Shown one piece after another: positions 13,163-25,780 of a DNA stretch of 64,000 bases; positions within the stretch are counted from its first letter, which is position 1, and each line of letters starts with the position of its first letter. The stretch covers positions 1,178,001 through 1,242,000 of the forward strand of contig NC_043020.1 in the NCBI RefSeq assembly GCF_006345805.1. Direction: 5' to 3'. A program made the translations under genes and the position numbers. The DNA comes from Octopus sinensis. Lineage: Eukaryota. The notes beneath the pieces are model-generated. The model was not told the DNA's origin, ran no database searches, and was given only the letters and a program-made list of their open reading frames with translations.

Positions 13163-13567
13163 AAAAGAGAAGTTGGATCTTGGATCGAAAAACTGATAGG
13201 AAAGGAGTTTGCAGAATTATTTTCTCTTGATTCCAAACACAATGACGTTTTCTTAAAATACGTTAGTAAATCGCTCACCTCAATGAACAAAAAATGCCGA
13301 CGCCTGAACCCGGACGTGAAAACGAGGGGCCTTGTCAATATCCCTATCGTAGTATACCCAACCTTAAAAGATGAAAATTTCCATCTTTATCGTATTCTTA
13401 TCGATGACTGGGTTAGCTGTAATTTAGTAAACAACGAGGGTGGGTTAACTGGCGACTTTCAAAAATCCACATTTGCACCCCGTAAGGATATTATACCATT
13501 TATAAAACAAGGTATGAGGGATACACTTGAGAAGCTGGTGAACGATAAATTTACAGCAATGCATTGA
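13163..13567 (+). CDS. Gene A terminal exon 4 (KREVGSWIEKL...WVSCNLVNNEGGLTGDFQKSTFAPRK...TAMH*); total protein 266 aa, uncharacterised secreted protein
   Basis: Acceptor tttttttttcag|, open frame to TGA 13565-13567; total CDS 64+161+171+405=801 nt. Confidence 0.92.
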   Translation, partial: KREVGSWIEKLIGKEFAELFSLDSKHNDVFLKYVSKSLTSMNKKCRRLNPDVKTRGLVNIPIVVYPTLKDENFHLYRILIDDWVSCNLVNNEGGLTGDFQKSTFAPRKDIIPFIKQGMRDTLEKLVNDKFTAMH

Positions 13568-13617
13568 AAATATTTTTTGCTCAATAATTTTGGAAATATA
13601 TAACAACACTGTAAATG

Positions 13618-13627
13618 AATAAATAAA
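13618..13627 (+). promoter_or_regulatory. Polyadenylation signal(s) of gene A
   Basis: Overlapping AATAAA hexamers about 50 nt after the stop codon. Confidence 0.65.
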
Positions 13628-13955
13628 ATCATTTCTTTCGTCCTTCCTTGGTTGCTTTAATTCTTTAATTCTTTAATTCTTTTATTCTTTTATTCTTATA
13701 CATACTCTTTTTTACTCTTTTACTTGTTTCAGTCATTTGACTGCGGTCATGCTGGAGCACCGCCTTTCTAATCGAGTCGAGACAATCGACCCCCACCCAG
13801 GACTTATTCTTTCTAAGCCTAGTACTTATTCTATCGGTCTCTTTTGCCGAACCGCTAAGTTACGGGGACGTAAACACACCAGCATCGGTTGTCAAGCGAT
13901 GTTTGGGAGACAAACACAGACACACAAACATATACACACACACATACGCACATAT

Positions 13956-14069
<114 letters not shown>

Positions 14070-14110
14070 CATATATATAGAACGTGATTATATCCTGTAT
14101 AAAAAAAAAG

Positions 14111-14430
14111 ACTCCGCCGGTTACGACGACGAGGGTCCCAGCTGATACGATCAACGGAACAGCTTGCTCGTGAAATTAACGTGCAAATGGCTGAGCATTC
14201 CACAGACACGTGTACCCTTAACGTAGTTCTCGGGGATAATCAGCGTGACAGAGAGAGTGACAAGGCTGACCCTTTGAAATACAAGTACAACTCATTTTTG
14301 CCAGCTGAGTGGACTGGAGCAACGTGAAATAAAGTGTCTTGCTCAAGGACACAACGCGTCGCCGGGAATCGAACTCACAACCTTACGATCATGAGCCGAA
14401 TGCCCTAACCACTAAGCCACGCGCCCTCAC
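14111..14430 (-). mobile_element. tRNA-derived SINE, head H1 plus tail T1, 14-bp TSD
   Basis: TSD atatcctgtataaa at 14090-14103 and 14431-14444. Other H1 copies: 2041-2290, 12557-12882, 29850-30080, 41208-41468 (TSD tatatattcctgt), 51780-51940(-). Confidence 0.85.
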
Positions 14431-17400
14431 ATATCCTGTATAAATCTAAGATGGACGGACAGAGTTGCCCACAACTTAACTCGCACAAAACGCAATATAA
14501 TTATTTACCCTTTACAACAGAGCTAATAGTGTATTAACAATTGATATAGCAGCAACAAGTGGCTATAATATCGTGCAGAAAATATTTAAGAAGCTGAAGC
14601 GTAGTTCTTAGCTTCGTCAAATTATACAACTTGGCTAGTGACTTAAAATCAAAATTGCATGTAAGAATTTTATCTATCATTTTATCTGTAACTGGTAACT
14701 GGATGATACTCGATCACTTGTGAAAATTTATTGACGGTTTAGCGATAAGTATAGAGGGAAAGTCATTACAGAAGATAATATCTAGGGCTTAGAAATGTTC
14801 TTGGATTTTTCGGTTAAAGTATTTATTAGCCTTGAATATTCTTACATAGAGGGAGCGAATTGTTTACAGAGTTGTAACAGAGCGGGGTTTGTTCTGGCCT
14901 TTTAAGATACGAGTTCAAATCCAGATATGGGAAATAGTCGAGTAAGAAGGGGGTTAGTAACAGCTTTTCAACGAAAAGCTGTCATGGGGCTCCATTGTTC
15001 CGTCATAGTACGGATAGATGTGCAGTGATTTATGGAGCAGACTTAAAAACGAAGGAATAATAGTTTCAAATTCTTTCACAAAGCCAATAATTTCGAGAAG
15101 GGGGTTAAGTCGATTACATCAACCACAACTGATACTTCTTTTATCGACTCCATAAGGATGAAAAACATAGTTGACCTCCGTGGAATTTGAACTCAGAACG
15201 TAAAAACAGACAAAATGCCGCTACGCGTTTTTCCCGGCACGATTCTGCGTGTTCACCGCTTTCAGATGAAGGAATTTGGGCCCTAAATTCCTTATGCAAT
15301 GCGTATTTCTTAACGAGGGTAAGGTCTGATTTGATAGAGATTTAGCTGTTATTTCTATCTCGTTGTTTAGCCACGTAGAGATACCTTGCCCGCACGTAGA
15401 AATGGATACATTGTAATACAGTGAAGGCAAACCATTTTTGAGCCTGGTATTTCGCCTAGTTTTAATTTTTCCTTAATAATCCTGTTATTGGGGTGACACT
15501 TATAAACATGAATGTATTACATCGGCCACAAAAGATACTTATTTTATCGATCGTATAAGGATGAGAAGCATAGTTGGCCTCGGCGAAATTTGAACTCAAA
15601 ACGCAAAAACGGACGAAATGCCACAAAGCATTTTTCCCGGCGTACTTACACGATTCTGCCAGTTCGTCGACTTCAGATGAAGGAATATTGGTTTCATATT
15701 TTGGAACAAGTCCAACAATTTCGGTGATGGGGGGGTTAGTCAACTACATCGACTCCAGTTTTCAACTGGTACTTATTTTATCGATTCCGAAAGGACGAAA
15801 GACAAAGTCAATCTCGGTGGAATTTGAACTCAGAATATAAAAACGACGAAATGCCTATTTCTTTATTACCCACAAGGGGCTAAACATAGAGAGGACAAAC
15901 AAGGACAGACATAGATATTAAGTCGATTACCTCGACCCCAGTGCGTAACTGGTACTTAATTTATTGACCCCGAAAGAATGAAAGGCAAAGTCGACCTCGG
16001 CGGAATTTCAACTCACAACGTAACGGCAGACGAAATACCGCTAAGCATTTCGCCCGACGTGCTAACGATTCTGCCAGCTCGCTGCCTTAAAACGATGGAA
16101 TATTAACATGCATACACTAAATGTGCTTATAACACTTCTAGCTCCATCAACACAAATAAACATGATTTTTGTAGCAAACCGTTGTGTACGGAACAAACTA
16201 AATAATTGAAACTGAATCGTGAGAGGATGCAAAATTCAAAGTTTCGGGTAATTTTCTTTGCCTGGGAGAGATGAAATGATGACTGGTTTTACTAAATAAA
16301 ACATCTGGGATTACTTGTTACTATAGTAACCAAATGTTAGCCTAATTTCTCCTCCCTCCATATTCCTATTTAATCTTTGGTGAATTGAAATGTTTGGGGT
16401 TCTCTCCTTTATCGCATTTCTGAATAATTATCATCAGCACTAATGATTTTTATTCCTATTGCAATTAAAATTCTAATTCATTGAATGAACGTATTACAAA
16501 AGATGGCATCAGCGGAGATAGAATATTAAATATCAAAAATAACCACAAAGATATTAAAATCTCACTCTAGAGATAATTAATTACTCTTAATATTTCGAGT
16601 TAAGAGCTCCTTCTCAAACGCTTTAAAGAACAAAAGGGCAAAGACTTCTTAGTTTCTTTTTCGTTGGGTTGAATCCTTATGTGATATTCCCATTATCACA
16701 TGTGGAAATATATAGAAATTTAGTGTGGGGTTTGTGTTCCTAGTTTAGATGGCAATTTTCTTAAAGCTTATCTTCGGTTCACCACATTAAGTATGGTGGC
16801 CGTCAATAGTTAAATGTGACGCAGAGTGAAAGCAACGAAATACATTAATAAACAGAAAACTATTGACTCCGAGCCAACAAATAATGAAATTTCATCATGA
16901 TCAATTGACATGCAAGAAATAGCAGCTATCATTCATACAAATTATATTATTTCGTCTTAAGTAAAATTAAGAATACATTTTTGCCTTCTTGTATAGTCCC
17001 TGTTGAGCGAGATCGAGCAGACATACGAACAAATACATTCCATCTATGACCATCCCACATATATTTTCCAAAAGTCCGCTGTCCTGCGCTACCTTATGCA
17101 ATGTGTATTTCTTAATGAGGGTTTTTATAGAGATTAGCTGCTATTTCTAGCTCGTTTGTTAGCCACGTAGAGATACCCTGCCTGCAGTAGAAATAGCTAC
17201 ATTGTAATATTGTCAAGTGCCAGTGAAGGCAAAACATTTTTGAGCCTGGTATTAATTTTCCTTAATAATCCTTTTATTGGGGTGACACTTATAAACATGA
17301 ATATATTCTAGTTTTAGTAAATACTTATTCATAAAAGGTTTATTTTACTAATATATATATATATAAAACTATACGTTTAATAAAATATCATTTGAAATTT

Positions 17401-19199
17401 CAAAATATACTAATAAAATTCTTCTTCTTCTTCTTCTTCTTCTAATTATGGGTGACAATTTCATATGACACCGCTAGAAAAAACTGCCGTTCAAACCGAA
17501 AAGATCCTGAGAAGCATAGTTGGCCTCTGCGAATCTTGAACTCAAAACGCAAAAACCATGTGAAATTCCACAAAGCATTTTTCCTTTTTGCCCCTTGTGG
17601 GGCATAGGGCCGGTTTCCCGGGTTCCTTGGCGTATAGGTTCCCCACTTGGACGGGACGCCGGTCCGTCGCAACTAATAAAATTAGTATAATAAAATACTA
17701 TTTTAAAATGTTATCCTAATTTTGATAGCATCTTGTTTCCGAGTTCGAGTGGTCAGTAGATATATTTTTTATTCAATGAAACAGCAAGCTGGGTGAATCG
17801 TTAGCACGCCGGACTAAATTTTCAGCGCGTTTCGTCCGTCTTTACGTTCAGAATTCAAATTCCTCCGAGATCAACTTTGTCTTTCAACCTTTCGGAGTCG
17901 AGAAAATAAGTACCAGTCGAGTAGTGAGGTCGATGTAATTGACTAGACCCTCCCCGCCGAAATTTCGGGCCTTGAGCCCGTAATTGAAAAGATTATTTAT
18001 TATTTAATAAAACAGCGAGCTGGCAGAACAGTTAGCGCGTGGGACAAAATGTTTAACGGCGTTTCGTCCATCTTTACGTGCTGAGTTCTAATTCCGACTA
18101 GTCCCTTAGAGAGGATTATATATTATTCAATGACAAGAAGGCAGCGAGTTAGTAGAATCATTAGAGCATCGAAAATAGTACCTTGCGCCTCTACCCTCTG
18201 AGTTCAAATCCAGCAGGGGTCAAATCTGGTTTTCTCACTTTCGGAGTCGACGGTACAACCTAATCATCCTCTTACTCAAAATTGTTGGCTTTTAAATGCT
18301 TGAATTAGAACCGCTTGTCTCGTGCTGACAGCAATGTTTCACATAGATTCGTTGATGAGAAAATGGTTAGAAATGTTTCGCAAGTATTTTAAGAGCACTA
18401 CAATTTTTGGAAATGAGATTCCGCACTCTCAGAAATTTCTAATCACAATATTTATTCACAAATAAGTTTAACTTCGAACGCAGCATTAAATGCAATGAAT
18501 TTTTGCTTCCAAATAGGATTGGATTGGAAGTCGACTAATTGTATTTCTAGATCAATTAATGCCAGTCAATCAAAATCATCTAATTTCAGATCCGTAAAGT
18601 TTGCTTTATAAAGGTATTTTATAAATTGTATTGATTTTCTTTAACTCTCTGAATTCCATCAGTATAGAAGAAAACTGCATATTTACGGCCCTTATATCTT
18701 CCATAATCTGTTTCTCCAAGATTCTCATAATACCTTCGAGGGTAGAATATTAGTCGATATCATCAACCTAGTTCTTGACTAGAGCTTTATTCTTGCAACT
18801 TCGAGAGGATGAAAAGCAAAATTGAACCTGACAGAACTGAACTCAGAGTCAAGGAGGTCTCCAGGTATTTTTGTACTTAACCAATGCTCTTACGATCCTG
18901 CTAAGCTCGTGACCTTCTCAGCACCAAATAATAAAGAATTTCTTCGCTTTTGGGAAATTTTACTCTCTAAATCCTACTGAAAAGTATCGAGGTTATTCTT
19001 AATAGAACCTCACATCATATCAATTGGTTTTCCGAAACATTGCAAAAAGTCCACCTGAAACAATTTTACTGAACCAAGCAAAATCATTCATCTGAAAACC
19101 ATTCTCAAAGCAGTCACTTATGCATTCAACAAACCGTTTAAATATTTAACTCCTCCGCAATACAACTACTATACATAACTGTATATTAATAAATCATAA

Positions 19200-19612
19200 T
19201 AAGGCGGTGAACTGGCAGAAACGTTAGCACGCCAGGCGAAATGATTAGCCGTATTTCGTCTGCCGTTATGTTCTGAGTTCAAATTCCGCCGAGGTCGACT
19301 TTGCCTTTCATCCTTTCGGGGTCGATTAAATAAGTACCAGTTACGCACTGGGGTCGATATAATCAACTTAATCCGGTTGTCTGTCCTTGTTTGTCCTCTC
19401 TGTGTTTAGCCCCTTGTGGGTAGTAAATAAATAGGTATTTCGTCTGCTGTTACGTTCTGAGTTCAAATTCTGCCGAGGTCGACTTTGCCTTTCATCCTTT
19501 CGGGGTCGATTAAATAAGTACCAGTTACGCTCTGGGGTCGATATAATCGACTTAATCCCTTTGTTTGTTCGTTCCCTCTGTGTTTATCCCCTTGTGGGTA
19601 GTAAAGAAATGC
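19200..19612 (+). mobile_element. SINE S2 head plus two tandem body-tail units within one 17-bp TSD
   Basis: TSD gtatattaataaatcat at 19181-19197 and 19613-19629. Confidence 0.88.
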
Positions 19613-19765
19613 GTATATTAATAAATCATTGTCAGCTTATTCACTTCTATTTTAATGTAAATTATATTCTCAAGCCTTACAGATATCAAACTGATTATCT
19701 TTTTCGCAAATCTCATTACATCGTCGATATGTCCCGAGCTTACTTTTGTGCACAATGGAATGGAT

Positions 19766-20145
19766 GCACTCCGTCGGTTACGACGATGAAGGTTCCGGTT
19801 TATCCGAATCAACGGAACAGCCTGCTCGTGAAATTAACGTGTAAGTGGCTGAGCACTCTACAGACACGTGCACCCTTAACGTAGTTCTCGGAGAGATTCA
19901 GCGTGACACAGAGAGTGACAAGGCCGGCCCCTTGAAATACAGGTACAACAGAAACAGGAAGAAAGAGTGAGAGAAAGTTGTGGTGAAAGAGTACAGCAGG
20001 GATCACCACCATCCCTGCCGGAGACTCGTGGAGCTTTTAGGTGTTTTCGCTCAATAAACACTCACAACGCCCGGTCTGGGAATCGAAACCGCGATCCTAC
20101 GACCGCGAGTCCGCTGCCCTAACCACTGGGCCATTGCGCCTCCAC
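19766..20145 (-). mobile_element. tRNA-derived SINE, head H2 plus tail T1, 12-bp TSD
   Basis: TSD tttgtgcacaat. Other H2 copies: 29410-29740(-), 44835-45140(+, TSD aactacaaactttcg), 51958-52345(+), 55395-55500(-), 55600-55893(-, TSD attaatctattt). Confidence 0.85.
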
Positions 20146-20975
20146 ATTTGTGCACAATACCTTGTGATTTATAACGGAAAGTTTGAAGTGTATAAAGGCG
20201 ACTAATGACTACTGGAAATCGCTTTTGAAAGTCAATTTTTTGGTCTACCACATCAGGGACACCAGTTGTATCCGAACTTATTTTTAATAAATCACGTCTT
20301 TCATGAAATATTTTCATGTACAGTCTACTAAGGATTTCTTTTTTTTTCTTTTTTTTTTTGCTGGCGTGTTTTGTGATAAATTCTCTTAATTCAATAAACT
20401 TCTCAAATAGAACCCCTGTGAAAATTGTTATTTATCGAGATAATGACGTAATACTGGATATTCAAATTTTGTTTCAGAGCCAGCAACTGGTACTTATTTT
20501 ATCGACCCGAAATTACGAAAGGCAAAGTCTAGCTCGGTGGAATTTGAACTCAGAACGTAAAGATTGACGAAATTCCGCTAAGCGTTTTTTTCCCGGCGTG
20601 CTTATCAATTCTGCCAACTCACCGCCTTGTAATGGCGTAATCTTGATTGTCTAACTTGAGACATAAAAAAAATTCGCAGATATTTCTAAGTTCAAATCTA
20701 AAAACAGGATGAGGAGAGGTTTGGTAACATCTTTTCATTAGAAAAAGCTGTTAAGGAATTCCATTGCTCCGTCTTGGTTACAGATCGATGTGCAGCAAAG
20801 CACGAAGCAGAATTAGAAAACGAAGGAATAATTACATGCATTTAAGCGTTGCTCAGTTTTATCTTATATGTTAGCATTCAATTTCATTAAATCCTGCTTT
20901 TTACACAATTTCCGCTAATTGCTAACTCTTTGCACACCTCGTTACGGTGCCTTTTTTTAATGAAAGTGATCAAAT

Positions 20976-22111
20976 AAAAATTATGCGTATTTAACATAAT
21001 CGTCTTTAATAACCTCACCACCACTTAATGATTTTCCATGACCAACAATCGTGTGTGAAATATCAAAACTTGTAGCTACTAAATGGAAGATCTTGTCCAG
21101 AATTTAAATTAAGTTCTCTAATTTGAAGTGTTCTGTTCAGCTCTTTAGATAATAGTTCGCTGTTGGTTTTATTTTTATTTTTCTGTTGGTTTAGTTGGGT
21201 TTTTTTTTTTCGTTTGAGCAAAGCTTAGTGCTAAAATATTTTGTTAATTCAAAGTTCTACCAACAGCTACTTTGTTACAAAATAAAATAGAAAGGACCTC
21301 ATCGGTGTTACCGTTCTTGTAAATTTTATCCACTTCCTGTATAGAAGTCGATGTCATCCTGATTGGGCTCAGAAAAATTCTGCGTATTTAACATAATCGT
21401 TTTCAATAATCTTACCATCACTTAGTGATTTTCTGTGATCAACAGTTGTGTATGGAGTATCAAAACTTGTCATTACTAAATGGGAGGGCTTGTCCAGAAT
21501 TTAAATATGTCCTTAATTTGAAGTGTTCTGTTTAGCATAAATCTTTAGGTAAATATATTCAATAACAATATTTTATACTGAATTTATATTGAGTGCTCCA
21601 TTGTATAAAAATATTAATACTATTAAAGTATTTATATATTTAATACGAGCGATATATACATGTAATTTTTAATAATATATTAATTCAAAACTTTTAAACT
21701 ATCAAATTTATTTTATATATTATATTTATATTTTTACATTTATTTATTTATATATATTTTTAATAAAATAAGTTCTTTCACACGGGTATATCTTTATGAT
21801 GATATTTATTTCCTTATATTAATAATAATAATAATAATATATTACTAAAAAATATATGTGTTCTGTTTAGCTATTTAGATAATAGTTCGCTGTTGGTTTT
21901 AGATTTTTGTTGGTTTAGCTATGATTTTATTTTGGTTTGAGCTATTGCTTACTGCTCAGTGCTAAAATATTTTGTTCATTCAAAGTTCTACCGACGACTA
22001 GTTCGTCGCAAAATAAAATAGAAAGGACTTCATGGGTGTTACTTACCGTTCTTGTTAATTTTATCCACTTCCTGTTTAGAAGTCGATGTCATCATGATTA
22101 GGCTCAGAAAA
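20976..22111 (+). repeat. About 400-bp tandem duplication; second copy carries an AT-rich insertion
   Basis: Copies begin aaaaatt(a/c)tgcgtatttaacataatcg at 20976 and 21373; insertion 21537-21857 flanked by gtgttctgtttagc. Confidence 0.8.
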
Positions 22112-22277
22112 TACGATCGGAAAGATTGAAAAAATGAAGCTAAAATCATGCAATTATCATGTCGTTTTAGTCTACGGGGAACCAACGTTGAGTTATTAAT
22201 TCTTCACGTGGAGTTCCCTGGTGGACAACTAATACAAGGGAGGTAAACATTTCTTAGTGGTATTCGGTGGGATTAAA

Positions 22278-22704
22278 GGCGGTGAGCTGGCAGAATCATT
22301 AGCACGCCGGGCGAAATGCTTAGCGGTATTCCGTCAATCTCTACGTTCTGAGTTCAAATTCCGCCGAGGTCGACTTTGCCTTTCATCCTTTCGGGGTCGA
22401 TTAAATAAGTACCAGTTACGCATTGGGGTCGATATAATCGACTTAATCCGTTTGTCTGCCCTTGTTTGTCCCCTCTATGTTTAGCCCCTTGTGGGTAGTA
22501 AAGAAATAGGTATTCCGTCAATCTCTACGTTGTGACTTCAAATTCCGCCGAGGTCGACTTTGCCTTCCATCCTTTCGGGGTCTATTAAATAAGTACCAGT
22601 TACGCACTGGGGTCGATATAATCGACTTAATCCGTTTGTCTGTCCTTGTTTGACCCCTCTGTGTGTAGCCCCTTGTGGGCAGTAAAGAAATAGAAAAAGA
22701 AATA
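22278..22704 (+). mobile_element. SINE S2 head plus two tandem units within one 19-bp TSD
   Basis: TSD ggtattcggtgggattaaa at 22259-22277 and 22705-22723. Confidence 0.88.
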
Positions 22705-23239
22705 GGTATTCGGTGGGATTAAACATTTGAACTTGAAATTAAGGAATGAAACAAAATAAACATAGAATATTCATATTTATTTATTTTCCTTTTTTTTGTT
22801 ACTTATCACGAAGTCCTTTAGGTCCATATGTTAATCTGACGATCATTTTGTAGCGTACAATCGTAAGAAGATTCTTTTAAAGTAAATTGCATGTAATCAT
22901 AAAACCAGTGAAGCGCCACAATTGATGCATCGGTCATAACTGCTATCACAATCACCAACGTTGACTAAACCAATTAAAACCATTTGTGAAATAAAAGACG
23001 TTTAACGCTGGAGGCAGAACTCATCAGTCTGAAAACAGTTGAAATGTTTACAAGGAGTAGCAAGTAAACGGGGTGCAAGCATAGCGGTCTAGCTAAGAAT
23101 TCACCTCGCAAACATCGGAAGCGGAAACGGCCGTAAGAAATGTTGTGTCATGTTTTGTATAAAAACGTAATCTACATATGTGATCCAATTTGTTTGTTTG
23201 TTGATCAAAAGTTTTCTCCATTTTCTAATTATTTAAATT

Positions 23240-23305
<66 letters not shown>

Positions 23306-23759
23306 ACAAAAAATGTCTGTAAATATGTATATATATCTTTTTTTATATGAATATATGTGTATATTTTTAGTTGTATATTTTTACTTTTATATATATTTTT
23401 CATTTTATATCTTTCAATTGCATATGTTTTACTTTTCTTTATATTTATATATATTATTCATATTTAATTTTTATTTAATTCATATTCACACATCGTATCT
23501 TTTTTTAATTTTTTTATTTATATATATGTATATTTTTACTTTTATATACATATTCATATTTATTGCATATCTTTTACTTTTCTATATTCATATATAATTC
23601 GTATATGCATTTGCAAATCATATATACTTTTCTTTCCTATTTTATATATGAATGAGCCACTCCGCGTCGGTCACCGGAGTGATATTTGATCACATTAAAG
23701 AGTGTTTGAATGTTGGTTTGGTGTCTAGAATAGGATATCATATCTTATGGGCAGGTAGA

Positions 23760-25780
23760 AGCTCTTTAACCTTGGTTGGTAATCTACCTAGGAGATGGAA
23801 ATCTCCGAAATAAGACCCAAGGCCTTGGAAATTCCTGGTTTTGTTAATTTTCATGTCACACCGGCGAATGTCTTCTTGGGCCAATAGGTGGGGATAGTGC
23901 AGTGCAAGCTACACCCACTGAAAATTATTCATCTGCACAGGTACTTCCTGTACACCAAACCTTAGTAAAATCATTGAATTGGTTGGTTGGCAGAAACCTA
24001 AAAGTACCCTTGGAACTTACTCTAAGAGGATTCAAACAGATTCAGTAAATGGCAAAAAAGGCCTGGGAACATCGGGGGAACAATTCTGACTCGGCAGATG
24101 TCCCAGTGTATCAGAGGCTGGGCTCGGTCGTCATCCTGCCACTGTGGTCAAACAATTTTCAAGAAGAAGAAAAAATAGACATCTTCTGAATTTTGGCTGT
24201 TGGAATGTGCGTACACTTCTAGATGATAATTCCAACAAGAAGCCAGAAAGAAGTAGTGCACTTATTGCATGTGAGCTTAAGAAATATTCCCTTGATAGAG
24301 TTGCGGTCTCTAAAACTCGTCTCTCTGGTGATATACTATCTTCTGGAGAGGCCTACCTGGGGGTCCGCTTAGAGAGGCCTACCTGGGGGTCCACTTAGAG
24401 AATCTGGAGAGGCCTACCTGGGGGTCTGCTTAGAGAATCTGGTGTTGCGTTTGCTCTCAAGAATACATTAGTATCCTTCATTGCAGAATTTCCAAGTGGT
24501 GTAATTGAACGGATCATGTCATGCCGTATTAAACTGACAAAAGATAGTTTTGTTGCCGTTGTCAGTATTTATGCACCGACAAAATCTCATTCTGACGAAA
24601 CTGTAGTTTTGTACTGAGAATAATCTGATTGACACCAACACTCTGTTTAAGAAGAAAAATAAATATAAAACCACTTGGATGCACCCAAGATCTAAGCACT
24701 AGCATCGCATAGATTATATTCTGATCACAAAACATGATATGAAAGATGTTTCTGGCATTTGGACCATGAGAGGGGCAGAGAGCTGGACTGACCATCTTCT
24801 AGTGCGTAGAAAAATAGATTTTTCGATAATGCCTAAAAATCGACAGTCTGGTCCTAAGGTAACCAAAAAGTTAAATGTTGCAAACTTTAAATTACCAAGG
24901 AACTTGCAAAAAGTCTACGATGCTATAGAAAGTATCAATCTTGACCCAAACAATCTATGGGAAGATTTCAAAACAAAAGTATTTTAGGGTGCAAGTTCGT
25001 CAGTGGGATTTAAATCACGTATGTCCAGTGACTGGTTCTCAGAAAGATCAGCAAAAATTCATGATTTACTTTTAGATAAACAAAACTTTGGCAATACACT
25101 TGTTTCTCATTCCTTGAACCCCAACTCAAACGAAGCTTACAGAAAGATAAAAGGGAAAAGTGCAGATTGCTGTAAGGAAAATTAAACTGGAATGGTGGAA
25201 TGATAGAGCAAAAGGGACACAAGAAGCAGCTGATAGAAATGATGCCAAGGGTTTGTACTCTTATGTTAAGGAGGTATATGGCCCAAAATCTTCTTCAATA
25301 GCTCCAGTGAGAACAGCAAATAGACGTTTGCTTCTGACTGACACCACTTCTATTCATAAGCGCAGGGTAGAATATTTTTCTGCACTTTTAAAAAGACAAT
25401 CATCCGCTGACATGAGGATGATAGAAAACATCGAATATCTTCCAGTTACAGAAGAGATGGCATTTGAACCAACTCTAAATGACATTTATTTAGCTATGAA
25501 TAAACTGAATAACAATAAGTCTCCAGGGTCTGATGGAATCTGTACAGAAGTCTTGAAATATGGGGGTGACAAAATGTTTGAACTCTTAAATATATTCATT
25601 TGTCACTGTTGAAGAACTGAGAAAGTCCCTCAAGATTGGATGCCATCTTAGTCTCCTTGTATAAATTGCCATCTTAGTCTCCTTGTATAAAATGTGTGGT
25701 TATTTTCCTGGGATTTCACTTTTGTCTGTGGTTGCAAAGATACTTGCCCATATTTTGTTAGAACGTTTGAGGAAGAATGT
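23760..25780 (+). mobile_element. Decayed RTE-clade LINE (5' UTR, APE endonuclease, start of RT)
   Basis: LNFGCWNVRTLLD..PERSSALIACEL..AVSKTRL; WMHPRSK; NNKSPGSDGICTEVLKYGG; GISLLSVVAKILAHIL; many stops and frameshifts. Confidence 0.85.
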
